Shown here piece by piece: positions 39,717 through 48,490 of a DNA stretch of 59,654 nt. The notes under the pieces are model-generated. The model was not told where the DNA came from. It saw only the letters and a list, made by a program, of their open reading frames with translations, and searched no databases. This DNA is from a bacterium (lineage in GTDB: Bacteria > Fidelibacterota > UBA2242), in assembly GCA_018824205.1 (NCBI GenBank), contig JAHJGX010000081.1:1-59654 (forward strand), in the 5' to 3' direction. Positions within the stretch are counted from its first letter, which is position 1; every line of letters begins with the position of its first letter. Position numbers and translations under genes: made by a program.

Positions 39717-39975
39717 AAACGGACTGCTGCTGTAACAATCTATATATTATCCACCAAGATATGTTTTTTAAATCCGGTCGTCTTTAATCAATAATTCGGT
39801 TGTTCCATCCAGGATAATTTTTCCGCATCCCTTGATGTTAGATTACTCCTTCATCTCAGGCATAAACCGGGGAGAATTTAAGAGATATTTAGTATATTTA
39901 AAGGAGTATTATGGATACAAAATCTATAGGTGTTTCAATATAAAACTGCAGGTCTGGTTTTGTATAGTAATAAAT

Positions 39976-40422
39976 CTATTTTTCAACTTTTTGTTTATTG
40001 ACAATCTCTTTCACATTGATCACTGGAAGTATGACTTGATGTTGAAGGGTGCTGGCGGATTTTTCTATGACAACGCCTCGAAGAGTTGAAAAAGAGATAC
40101 TTATCAGCATTATGATAAAATCCTCGGGAAACGCGAATTGATTTTTCTTTACAACAAAATCACTGAAATTATTAATAGCAAAATGAGTATCTGCTTTTAT
40201 TTCTCCAATAACAATTTTTTGTTCTGGAGATAAATATATATTAGCGGCAAGCTCAATGATTATTTCACCATTTTCCTCATTAAATTGAACACCGAATATA
40301 AAGGAAAATCCAAGTTCCTGATCTTCTTGAATTGCGTTCTCCGGTTTTTGGAAAGAGCACTTCGCTATTTGAATATTTTTCAAACGAAATTCAATTGGCT
40401 TTTCTGTTTTAGGCATTTCCAT
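39976..40422 (-). CDS. SecB-like chaperone (third gene of a TAC module)
   Basis: 148 aa. FRLKNIQIAKCSFQKPEN (compare SecB FQIQRIYTKDISFEAPN), a central beta-sheet-type segment, and C-terminal FPEDFIIMLISISFSTLRGVVIE..ILPVINVKEIV (compare SecB LFPYARE..LAPVNFDALF). Overlaps the antitoxin gene by 14 nt. Confidence 0.6.
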   Translation of the reverse strand: MEMPKTEKPIEFRLKNIQIAKCSFQKPENAIQEDQELGFSFIFGVQFNEENGEIIIELAANIYLSPEQKIVIGEIKADTHFAINNFSDFVVKKNQFAFPEDFIIMLISISFSTLRGVVIEKSASTLQHQVILPVINVKEIVNKQKVEK

Positions 40423-40873
40423 ACACCCCTTCTTTTACGCCACAAAAAACAGATCCCGATATGAGAACACCATCTTCAGAATATTGTTTAATACGATTAA
40501 ACAGAGATGCTTCCTTCTGTGTAAAATAAGAAGAAAATGAAGTGATTAATTCCGGGGGAATATTATACTGTTTTTCCTGAACTGACAATTGAGTATTAAC
40601 ATTGATTATCTCTGTTTCCAACGCTGATTCAATTTTGGTGATTGTCTTCAGAGTCAGGTTCACATTGCCCGCCAATATCCGGCTGAGCATCGACGGTTTC
40701 ATACCAATTGCTTCAGCGAATTCTTTGCGGTTTTTGTATTTGCTTCTGTCAATTGCATCGGCAATCGCAACGGATATTTCCATCTGATGATCGACAAGGC
40801 GAACAACATCATCAGGAACTTGGGCTAATAATTCTTCAAAATACTCTTTATCGCTTTTATTCATCTTCATCAC
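40409..40873 (-). CDS. XRE-family HTH antitoxin (HigA-like) with a C-terminal extension
   Basis: HTH NRKEFAEAIGMKPSMLSRILAGNVNLTLKTITKIESAL, followed by a tail of about 60 aa. Shares a 4-nt ATGA overlap with the upstream toxin-like gene. Confidence 0.7.
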   Translation of the reverse strand: MMKMNKSDKEYFEELLAQVPDDVVRLVDHQMEISVAIADAIDRSKYKNRKEFAEAIGMKPSMLSRILAGNVNLTLKTITKIESALETEIINVNTQLSVQEKQYNIPPELITSFSSYFTQKEASLFNRIKQYSEDGVLISGSVFCGVKEGVYGNA

Positions 40874-41325
40874 TTACCTTCTAATTCAAGAAATTCTCGT
40901 ATCGTTAAACCATTTCTTTTTATATAATACGATATCTGATCATATACGGTTTCAAGTTTATTAACAATCGTCATTAAATCCGGATTATCAATTAGTTTTG
41001 GTTTCTTTGGGTCTTTTTCACCACCATATCCTAGGATAATGATATCATTTTCCCATCGAATGCAAAATAAGCGTAGAAGTCCGGAGTCAAGAAGAATTCT
41101 TCCGATTTTAGGATTCCTGCTTTCTTGTCGAAACCAATCATCTCGAAGCCCATACCGTTCAGTAATGTTCTGCAACCTATGCGTAATCTGATCTATTTCT
41201 GGGTTCCCCGAAAAATCCTCAAGAAATTTCCGAAATTCACTTTTATCTTCATTTTTATATCTAATTGTGTAGATTCTTGCTTTAGAACCAGGATAGACTT
41301 CATTAATGTTAAAATTAAAATTCAC
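40870..41325 (-). CDS. Putative RelE/HigB-superfamily (Gp49-like) toxin
   Basis: 151 aa. LLRLFCIRWENDIIILGYGGEKDPKKPK resembles the RxxY..g..ivLL.gf.Kk core of Gp49/HigB-type toxins. The toxin-first gene order matches higBA. Confidence 0.45.
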   Translation of the reverse strand: MNFNFNINEVYPGSKARIYTIRYKNEDKSEFRKFLEDFSGNPEIDQITHRLQNITERYGLRDDWFRQESRNPKIGRILLDSGLLRLFCIRWENDIIILGYGGEKDPKKPKLIDNPDLMTIVNKLETVYDQISYYIKRNGLTIREFLELEGK

Positions 41326-41366
41326 TTATAAGTTAATTCCTTTTTTGGGATCGTCAAGGATTTTCT

Positions 41367-43922
41367 TTACACTGACTCACTGACAGCCACCAACAGTTCC
41401 AAATAATTCTCCGGCTTAAGCTTCTCGAATTCGCTTTGGCTTACTTTCATGTAGTTCCAGTTCTTTCCGGTCAGCTCCGTCGCATTCTCGCACCAGCATT
41501 GCGCCGCCTGGTCTTTCATGGCGACATCGAGGTCTTCGCGTCCTTTTGTCTCGATCACCCAAAAATCGTCGTCGGACAGTTTCACAATAAAGTCCGGGAA
41601 GTAATTGCGGATATTCGCCCGTGTATCGGTATAGGCAATGCTGAATCCAAACTGAAACGGCAATTTGGCGAATGCCACAACATCCTTTGCCTGATCCAGA
41701 AACTTCGCATAATCCCGCTCAAATTCATTGTCACAGGCAACATAGTTGAAAACCGTTTTTGGGGAATCCAGCAACAATCTCGAATAGGGAAACGGGTCAG
41801 TTGAGGACAGCATCTTAAGGGGTGTCAGCAATTCCGGGTGAACCTCTTTGACGATTTTATTCCTCAGCGCCTTCTCAAATTCTTTGCAAACCACATAACT
41901 TGCCACATTGGTGCTCATCGCTTTGATGATTCTCGTTTCAGACAGATCAATCTCTTTCCCGAAAGCGACATACTGAAAGAATTCTTTTATCTTAGGCGCC
42001 AGCGTTGCAAACTGTGATGGAAGTTTCAAATCATGTGCTATACGCTTGGCATAGTAACCAATCACCTCTTCCGGGGTTTGCGCCGGTGGAATTTCATATT
42101 CCCGCTCAAACAGCTTTTCCTTGGTCAGGATATCAATGCCCTCGTAGATAAACGTTTTGATATCCTCGCTTTTATCCACGATGGGAAGCGGATTGACTTT
42201 GAATGATCGGACATCAATTCCATTAATCTCATCGGCTAAAGTTTTCTTTCTGATTAAAGACGGTGACAACTCCGGGATGCCGATATCTTTGTCTTTCTTA
42301 TTTTCATCCGGCATGATCGTGACAATCTGCAGTTTGTCTTTGCCGATCTCAAAGGTATCAAACTTCAGGTCTTCCATCCGTTCAAGGTCAGAGACAAACT
42401 CCAGGAATGCCCGGTTACCGATGATGTCCACATGTTCGCGATAGCTGGTGTGCAGACTTCGAAACATCAGCCGTAATCCCCGTCCGATGGTCTGTTCCGG
42501 TAATATATTGGCCTTCGCTGTATAGGGTCTCAAACCGACCACTACGGTGACATTCTTGACATCCCAGCCTTCCCGCAGCATCAGCACACTGACAATCGCA
42601 TTCACAGGCGAATCATCCTCATCCACTTCCCGGGATTTCTGCCGGGCTTCATCCAGATCCTTCACTGAAATATCACCCGACCGGTTGGTATGAATCACCA
42701 GCGTTTTAGCGCCGGTAAACTCCGATGGATAATTGCGCTGCAGCCAGTCAGCCACCTCATCGGCTTCAGCAGTGCTATTCATCATGACAAACAGGATTGG
42801 TTTGCGCTGTAACGGCTTCAACTGCTCGGAATATTCCTTCCAGCGCTCCACACCGGCAATCAGAAACCCTTTATATCTGACCGTCACCAGGTCAGATTTT
42901 GCTTCTTCGATTTTTGAAACGCCTTTGACCGGGTATTTAACGATCTGGTCTAAGATCGCCTGTTTCAGAGGATAATCAAAGACCGTCCAGGCGAACAGCG
43001 CTCCTTTGGAATAACGCGGCGTCGCTGAGTAATCAAGTTGAGCGACAATCGGTCGCTGCTCATGAATTCGCCGGATGACCTTGTTCCATTCGTTTTTCTC
43101 ATCATGAGTGTGGTGAGCTTCATCATTCAAAACAACCACCTGTCCAGCTCGCTTCGCAATCCGTTCATCGAAATCGGTGATCTCGAGTTTCTGGGTCTGC
43201 GGCTTTTCCCCCATCATTTCAGTCATAATATCTGTTTCATCATTGTTCGGATTGCTCCGCTCATAAAACTGTTGAATATTTGTCAGGTAAACCGCCCCGG
43301 TGCTGCCCGCCCGTTCCGGATCACCCCGCATGTAAAACTCCATGTCCCAGAACAGTTCATAATGCCGCGGGAAGAGCGGGTCAATCCGGAAGATATGCCC
43401 ATTGCCAAAATCGGTCTTCAGGCGTTCAAAGACAATCACGTTAGGCGCCAGGATCATAAAGGTTTTCGCGTATTCCTCATCATTCTCCCGCACCGCGTTA
43501 AAATACTGCCAGGCAATCGCCAGAGCCATGACTTTGGTCTTGCCGCTGCCGGTCGCCATCTTGATGCAATACCGCGCAAAATCGTCAAAGGGCGGCAACC
43601 GTAAATCTTTCTGACTGACGGCGTATTTTTTAATCAATTCCATCCGGCTTCGAATCTTCTCAACCTCATAGAGATAAATCAATGTCTCAATCGCTTCCTG
43701 CTGGGATTCGTAATACTTGAAGGGTACACCGTTGGGCAGTTTATGATCGCAATAGAACCAGTAATTCAGCAACTCACGGGTGGTATCCGTAATTCCAGGA
43801 TGATTTTTATCCTTCCATTGCCTGACCGCCTCCCGAATCGCCGGAACGCAGGGCGCCGTCATCAGCCGCTCGCTGACATTGAATAGATCGGTCTGGTCGA
43901 TGGGTTTCTTCCGCGGACTCAT
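41367..43922 (-). CDS. res: Type III restriction enzyme, Res subunit (SF2 helicase + nuclease)
   Basis: MATGSGKTKVMALAIAW (motif I), VVLNDEAHHTH (DEAH) and QTIGRGLR (motif VI). 851 aa. Overlaps mod by 4 nt. Confidence 0.88.
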   Translation of the reverse strand: MSPRKKPIDQTDLFNVSERLMTAPCVPAIREAVRQWKDKNHPGITDTTRELLNYWFYCDHKLPNGVPFKYYESQQEAIETLIYLYEVEKIRSRMELIKKYAVSQKDLRLPPFDDFARYCIKMATGSGKTKVMALAIAWQYFNAVRENDEEYAKTFMILAPNVIVFERLKTDFGNGHIFRIDPLFPRHYELFWDMEFYMRGDPERAGSTGAVYLTNIQQFYERSNPNNDETDIMTEMMGEKPQTQKLEITDFDERIAKRAGQVVVLNDEAHHTHDEKNEWNKVIRRIHEQRPIVAQLDYSATPRYSKGALFAWTVFDYPLKQAILDQIVKYPVKGVSKIEEAKSDLVTVRYKGFLIAGVERWKEYSEQLKPLQRKPILFVMMNSTAEADEVADWLQRNYPSEFTGAKTLVIHTNRSGDISVKDLDEARQKSREVDEDDSPVNAIVSVLMLREGWDVKNVTVVVGLRPYTAKANILPEQTIGRGLRLMFRSLHTSYREHVDIIGNRAFLEFVSDLERMEDLKFDTFEIGKDKLQIVTIMPDENKKDKDIGIPELSPSLIRKKTLADEINGIDVRSFKVNPLPIVDKSEDIKTFIYEGIDILTKEKLFEREYEIPPAQTPEEVIGYYAKRIAHDLKLPSQFATLAPKIKEFFQYVAFGKEIDLSETRIIKAMSTNVASYVVCKEFEKALRNKIVKEVHPELLTPLKMLSSTDPFPYSRLLLDSPKTVFNYVACDNEFERDYAKFLDQAKDVVAFAKLPFQFGFSIAYTDTRANIRNYFPDFIVKLSDDDFWVIETKGREDLDVAMKDQAAQCWCENATELTGKNWNYMKVSQSEFEKLKPENYLELLVAVSESV

Positions 43923-45892
43923 AGTTTTATCTCAACAGTAATGAGTTTGGTAGTATCGTTGCCCAGAATATCGATGATCTTGATGACAATATTGTACGTG
44001 CCGCTTTCCTTGTATTTATGCCGGGTGGACAGTTCAATGCCCGGTTCCTTTTTTGTGCGGTAAGACTGCCATTCGTTATGAAAAGTATCGTTACGGTAAT
44101 TCCAGTCTACTGCCCAGTAATCAATCCACTGCTGCCAGTGGGTAATCGCGTGGCGCACATCTTCCGGGACGTCATCAGGCGGAACGATGAAATTCGTCAA
44201 TTCAACCGTCACCGTCTCTTTATCGATCTTGGTATCCACCGCTAATGATGCCAGCTCGAAGAAACGGATATCGCCCTGGTCAACGGCTTTCTTTTCCAGT
44301 ACTTCCCGGGGAATCTTCTTGAACTTCACATCCACCTTGTTCTCAGCGGCGAACTGCCTGGCGGTCTCATTGATCTCAAAGGCAAAATCCCAGCCCAGTA
44401 CATCGATGCCGTTGGTCTCGATGTCACCGGTCTTCCCCACGGACTTCCAGAACTCCTGCACGATGCTCTTGACGTCGCCGATGGAGACCGGCGCGTCCAC
44501 CCCGCCGATATGTACCATGCGATGGGCTTTGACGCCGTGCAGCCAGCTGTAGCCGTTCACCGGCTCGGCGCCAAACAGTTGCAGCATAAAGTGCCGGTAA
44601 CGCTGCTCCACCGCCGCCCGGGAATCGGCGTCGGGAAACTCCGCCCCCATCCACTCCTGCCGTTCGTACTTGCCGAGGTTCTGCACAACAAAGGGCTTCA
44701 CATCGGGGTTCCCCAGCAGGCGCTTGCGGGTGGTATGGATCGCGAATCTGCCCAGGTCGCAGGCAATCCAGCGCCGGTTCAGCTTGTCCGCCGCCGCCGC
44801 CGTCGTCCCGCTGCCGCAGAAACAGTCCAGCACCAAATCATTCTCATTGGAACTGGCTTTGATGACGCGCTCTAAAAGGGCCTCTGGTTTTTGGGTTGGA
44901 TAATCAATTCTTTCAATTGCCTGGGAATTCAGAGGATTTATATCTGTCCAAATTGAATGTATAACAGCACCATCAATCTCATCTAAATATCTCTTCACCG
45001 ATACCCTATCACTGTCACTAATAATAAGTTTATCCTGTTTCCATAATTCATCAATTTTTTCTTGACTATATCGCCAGTGAGTGCCCGGATTTGGAGAAAT
45101 TAATTTATTTCCAAATTTTCTTGCAGGCCCATCTCCTTTTGCAAGCATATTATCATATCTATAATTTCTTCCATCTTTATCTTTTTGATTAAAATGACTT
45201 CTTATGTAACTCTCCTTAAAGGAAGTTCTTTGAGGATTCCAGATATATTTTTCGGTTTTTGTGTAAAATAAAATTCCCTCATGTACTATTCCGTACCTTT
45301 TGGCATCGGCATGGTAATTGAATCTTTGCCATACAACTTCATTTTTAAAATTATCATACCCAAAAACCTCATCTAATACAGCTTTCGCATAATGCCCCAC
45401 ATGCCAATCCAGGTGCACATAGATGCTGCCGTCTTCGGCAAGGAGTTCCCGCAGCAGGATGGCGGTCTCGTAGAACCATTGCAGGTAGGATTCCAGCCCC
45501 TTGCCCCAGGTGTCGCGGTAGGCTTTCTGTTCGATGATACTGGCTTGCTTGGTGAAGCTGGTGGTCTCGTCTTCCTCGGTCTCCGGGTTGTCGGGGATTG
45601 TCGCGGTGAAGGAGAAGTCCGCGCCGACATTGAAGGGAGGGTCGATGTAGATCAGGTTCACCTTCCCGGCGAATTCCGGCAGCAGCGAGGGCAGGACGTA
45701 CTTCTTATCGCCCCAGATCAGGCGGTTGCGCCACTCGCCGGGTTTGCCTTTGGCGAAAAGATCGAGCATGCGCCCGCGGTCCTGCGCCGATTCGTTGACG
45801 GTTTCCACGGTCTGAAAGGGCAGCGCAATCCGCACCGGCCCGTTTTTCTTGCCGTCTTTATCATATTTGCCTTGCCATATGAGTTCGGTCAT
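43919..45892 (-). CDS. mod: Type III R-M DNA methyltransferase, Mod subunit (beta-class N6-adenine MTase) with a C-terminal Ig/PKD-like tail
   Basis: LIYIDPPFNVGADF (motif IV) lies N-terminal to YPTQKPEALLERVI and DCFCGSGTTAAAA (motif I), the beta-class order. The C-terminus GTYNIVIKIIDILGNDTT is PKD-like. Confidence 0.88.
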   Translation of the reverse strand: MTELIWQGKYDKDGKKNGPVRIALPFQTVETVNESAQDRGRMLDLFAKGKPGEWRNRLIWGDKKYVLPSLLPEFAGKVNLIYIDPPFNVGADFSFTATIPDNPETEEDETTSFTKQASIIEQKAYRDTWGKGLESYLQWFYETAILLRELLAEDGSIYVHLDWHVGHYAKAVLDEVFGYDNFKNEVVWQRFNYHADAKRYGIVHEGILFYTKTEKYIWNPQRTSFKESYIRSHFNQKDKDGRNYRYDNMLAKGDGPARKFGNKLISPNPGTHWRYSQEKIDELWKQDKLIISDSDRVSVKRYLDEIDGAVIHSIWTDINPLNSQAIERIDYPTQKPEALLERVIKASSNENDLVLDCFCGSGTTAAAADKLNRRWIACDLGRFAIHTTRKRLLGNPDVKPFVVQNLGKYERQEWMGAEFPDADSRAAVEQRYRHFMLQLFGAEPVNGYSWLHGVKAHRMVHIGGVDAPVSIGDVKSIVQEFWKSVGKTGDIETNGIDVLGWDFAFEINETARQFAAENKVDVKFKKIPREVLEKKAVDQGDIRFFELASLAVDTKIDKETVTVELTNFIVPPDDVPEDVRHAITHWQQWIDYWAVDWNYRNDTFHNEWQSYRTKKEPGIELSTRHKYKESGTYNIVIKIIDILGNDTTKLITVEIKL

Positions 45893-46013
45893 AGAGTCCT
45901 CGCTATTGCTCAGTTAAATAATTTCCACCGGATAATTATTATTAACCGGCAATCGATGTTAATTGTTAAACGTGCACGTACTAATTCAATGAGTCTTTAT
46001 AAATTACTCAAAA

Positions 46014-47135
46014 TCAAAACATCTCACTGACCGGTAAATCCTGACTGAATTTGGCATTCAACCAGCGCAGCATCACCAGGTTGCGGATGGCGCTGGCGAC
46101 ATCTTCCTCTTTCAGAGGCGGACGTCTTTTTTTCTTCCAATCCATTACCCGATCAAATATCTCTTTCTCGCTGACTTCGATGCTATCGGCATGCTCTTTC
46201 AGTCTGCGGGAAGAAAACAGGATTGTCGATACAATCTCGGCCTGATTTGTATCCATGCGCATAAAGAGATCGGTCGTCCTGTCGATGACTTTTTTATATC
46301 TGTCAATCAGGTCTTTATGCTTCTCCCGCATTTTGGAATAAGCCTCTCCGGGCAGATACTGGAATCCCTGACCGTTATTTTTTTCAATCAACAGGTTATT
46401 GTTGGACATCACGGCTATGGCGTGTTTAATGTCATGTGAAAAAGGTCCGAAACTTCCTTCGGAATATTGGAAGCCGGTGTTGACACCCTGGGCAGTGGCG
46501 ATATAGCCGATTTTCTGGAAAAATGTTCTCCCGATCGGACGATGATAGGGGTTCTTGCCGATCTGGTACAGGATTTCGATCAGAACCAGCCATTCGGGCT
46601 TAAACGACTGGCCCGCTTTGCGGTAACCATTCCCGGATTGTTTCGGATTCGCGGATTTTAAAAACTCTACTGATAGCTGCTCTTTCGGCGTCTGGAAACT
46701 GGCATAGAGTTCGACGGGAATATCGATATCCTGAAATTTGCGATACAATAACGGCCCGACGTCGCGCCATTCCAGCTGACCATTCCCACAGCCCAGCGGT
46801 GGCACCGCTAATGAAGTAACTTCCCATTCCCGGTACTTCTCCAGTATAATATCGACGCCCTTTTCAATATCCTGCAGTTTAGAAACCGAACGCCAGTGGT
46901 TTTTCGTCGGGAAATTAATAATCCAGGGTTTTATGGTTGATTTGTAAATATACGGTTCTCCCGGCCGCAGTAAACCATTATCGCAGCGACTTTTATAATC
47001 GGCGAACATATCGGGGAAACGTTTTTTAAAATCAGCCGCGATTCCTTTGCCCATGATGCCGACACAGTTCACCGTATTGACCAGCGTCTGAGCATCCGCC
47101 TCAAAGATGTTACCGATTGTTACGTTTGTAATCAT
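46014..47135 (-). CDS. darG: DarG-like macrodomain antitoxin (ADP-ribosyl-DNA glycohydrolase)
   Basis: N-terminal macrodomain (GNIFEADAQTLVNTVNCVGIMGKGIAADFKKRFP) plus a C-terminal domain of about 200 aa. Lies 4 nt downstream of the DarT-like gene. Confidence 0.8.
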   Translation of the reverse strand: MITNVTIGNIFEADAQTLVNTVNCVGIMGKGIAADFKKRFPDMFADYKSRCDNGLLRPGEPYIYKSTIKPWIINFPTKNHWRSVSKLQDIEKGVDIILEKYREWEVTSLAVPPLGCGNGQLEWRDVGPLLYRKFQDIDIPVELYASFQTPKEQLSVEFLKSANPKQSGNGYRKAGQSFKPEWLVLIEILYQIGKNPYHRPIGRTFFQKIGYIATAQGVNTGFQYSEGSFGPFSHDIKHAIAVMSNNNLLIEKNNGQGFQYLPGEAYSKMREKHKDLIDRYKKVIDRTTDLFMRMDTNQAEIVSTILFSSRRLKEHADSIEVSEKEIFDRVMDWKKKRRPPLKEEDVASAIRNLVMLRWLNAKFSQDLPVSEMF

Positions 47136-47139
47136 AAGC

Positions 47140-47733
47140 TTAGAAAAAAATACTGCTATCTACTGTAATTTGCAATGTAATTCCCATAGATTCAAGCCGG
47201 GTTTTAACAGAATCATTGTACACAATAATTTCGGATATGTAATCAGGGGGAACACAATTGGGTATAAGTGCTTCGGCGCATTTGATTGATTTATGCTCCA
47301 TTAATAGAATTGGATCCTTATGGTTTGTCCAATATCTATTGTATATCATTTGAAAATTTAATTTCTCCAAACCAATTTCGACTGGGTAAAACGCAGCATA
47401 ATCACTGGAGGCATTTCGATCACATAAAACTACGTTTTTAACCATCAATATTTTCTTGTCAAGTTGTATAATTACTATCTCAGTATTTTGTTTTTTTATA
47501 CTACACAGCATTGGATTATGTGCGTCAAAATAGAGATTAGCATAATCATGTAACTTCATTCCATTAGGAATTTGTTTGTTTTCTCTCCGCGCCTGAATGA
47601 TGGGTGAAGCCACTGATTTGTGCTTAATTGTTTTCGCCCGGTTGTGGGACAGGATACCATGTTCGAGAATTGACGGGATAGTTTCGATAGGTTGAATATT
47701 ATGCAAGTTCCGTATGCCGATAAGATTAATCAT
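47140..47733 (-). CDS. darT: DarT-like (DUF4433) ssDNA ADP-ribosyltransferase toxin
   Basis: 197 aa. HNIQPIETIPSILEHGILSH .. LHDYANLYFDAHNPML .. KCAEALIP matches the DUF4433/DarT motif layout. Paired with a macrodomain gene. Confidence 0.75.
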   Translation of the reverse strand: MINLIGIRNLHNIQPIETIPSILEHGILSHNRAKTIKHKSVASPIIQARRENKQIPNGMKLHDYANLYFDAHNPMLCSIKKQNTEIVIIQLDKKILMVKNVVLCDRNASSDYAAFYPVEIGLEKLNFQMIYNRYWTNHKDPILLMEHKSIKCAEALIPNCVPPDYISEIIVYNDSVKTRLESMGITLQITVDSSIFF

Positions 47734-47825
47734 ATCATAAAATCCTGATAATCAAGCGGAATATCAACAGGAATATTGATTAAGATATCCAAATGAACAA
47801 GTTTTTACCTAACATTTATCTATAT

Positions 47826-48032
47826 CTACGTCGTATGACACTCATAAGAACAGAAATAGCATCCATTTGACTGATCGAAAGATTCTCTGGCTTTCTGGAC
47901 AGCTTCACTACAATTGGAAAAATATCCCAGATAAATTCGATTCTCGGAACTCGGCAAATAATCACAACTTTCCTTATGAACTTCATGATCCCCATTAGAC
48001 TGTGCATTCTTGTTAACATAGTAATGATCCAT
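47826..48032 (-). CDS. Small Cys/His-rich protein, conserved hypothetical (YYVNKNAQSNGDHEVHK..C family)
   Basis: 68 aa with an AAGGAGG SD. Cys/His at HEVHKESC .. C .. NGCYFCSYECH. Confidence 0.6.
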   Translation of the reverse strand: MDHYYVNKNAQSNGDHEVHKESCDYLPSSENRIYLGYFSNCSEAVQKARESFDQSNGCYFCSYECHTT

Positions 48033-48077
48033 TTTAGACCTCCTTGTAAAAATTAATTCAGATATAAAATCAATTAT

Positions 48078-48293
48078 TTACACTGTCCTAAGAATTTCAT
48101 CTAGAGTTCGAGTATTAATTTCTTCTACAGTATTATTCGACAAATATTCTGTAATTTTCTTCTGCTTCCATTGATTAAAGTATATATAATGATGAACAGC
48201 CTCTTTGGTGATTTTAAAAGTTCCATGTAAAGAACAATTCAACAAGAAAATATTTTCCTCGACTTCAGTTTGTTCACATAAAGGACATTTCAT
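48078..48293 (-). CDS. Small zinc-ribbon-like protein, hypothetical
   Basis: 71 aa. MKCPLCEQ .. LNCSLHG. The ATG lies 2 nt after the stop of the upstream 61-aa gene, with an SD inside that gene's end. Confidence 0.5.
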   Translation of the reverse strand: MKCPLCEQTEVEENIFLLNCSLHGTFKITKEAVHHYIYFNQWKQKKITEYLSNNTVEEINTRTLDEILRTV

Positions 48294-48295
48294 GA

Positions 48296-48481
48296 TTACT
48301 TCTCCTTCCTCACTCCTTTAAAGGGTTTGTCACTGCTTGTTTTCTGATCCATGAATTTACCGTCATCGGTGTTGCGTTTGACCCAGTGACCGGTTTTGGG
48401 ATTGTGGGTTTGCGAGCGGTCTTTCACCGCGCCGTGCCTGTGACCGTCGCTGGTCGGAGGATTCTTCGCGATGTAGGTCAC
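48296..48481 (-). CDS. Small basic protein, paralog A (NPPT.DGHRHGAVKDRSQTHNPK..HWVKR.T..GKFMDQKTS.DKPFKGVRKEK family)
   Basis: 61 aa, GTG start with an AAGAAGG SD. 48 of 55 aligned residues are identical to the ORF at 49788..49964. Confidence 0.65.
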   Translation of the reverse strand: MTYIAKNPPTSDGHRHGAVKDRSQTHNPKTGHWVKRNTDDGKFMDQKTSSDKPFKGVRKEK

Positions 48482-48490
48482 CTTCTTTAT

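Noticed and set aside
39832-40089. Track ORF 39832..40089(+) and possible gene remnant in the 403-bp gap 39573-39975
   Set aside because: The ORF overlaps the 3' end of the SecB-like gene on the opposite strand and has low-complexity, AT-driven sequence. A short minus-strand fragment (..NIKGCGKIILDGTTELLIKDDRI*) is too short to assign.
44788-44802. (CCG)5 repeat in mod as a phase-variation switch
   Set aside because: A trinucleotide repeat stays in frame, it is short, and it encodes the Ala run following the FxGxG motif. It is not the 5' homopolymer or tetranucleotide tract typical of phase-variable Type III mod genes.
44424-46030. Track ORFs 44424..44654(-), 44510..44875(+), 44670..44903(+), 45373..45630(-), 45392..46030(+)
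   Set aside because: They lie inside or antisense to the GC-rich parts of the mod gene. Their translations are low-complexity and Arg/Pro/Gly/Ala-rich, typical of stop-poor GC-rich antisense frames. The mod frame carries clear methyltransferase motifs.
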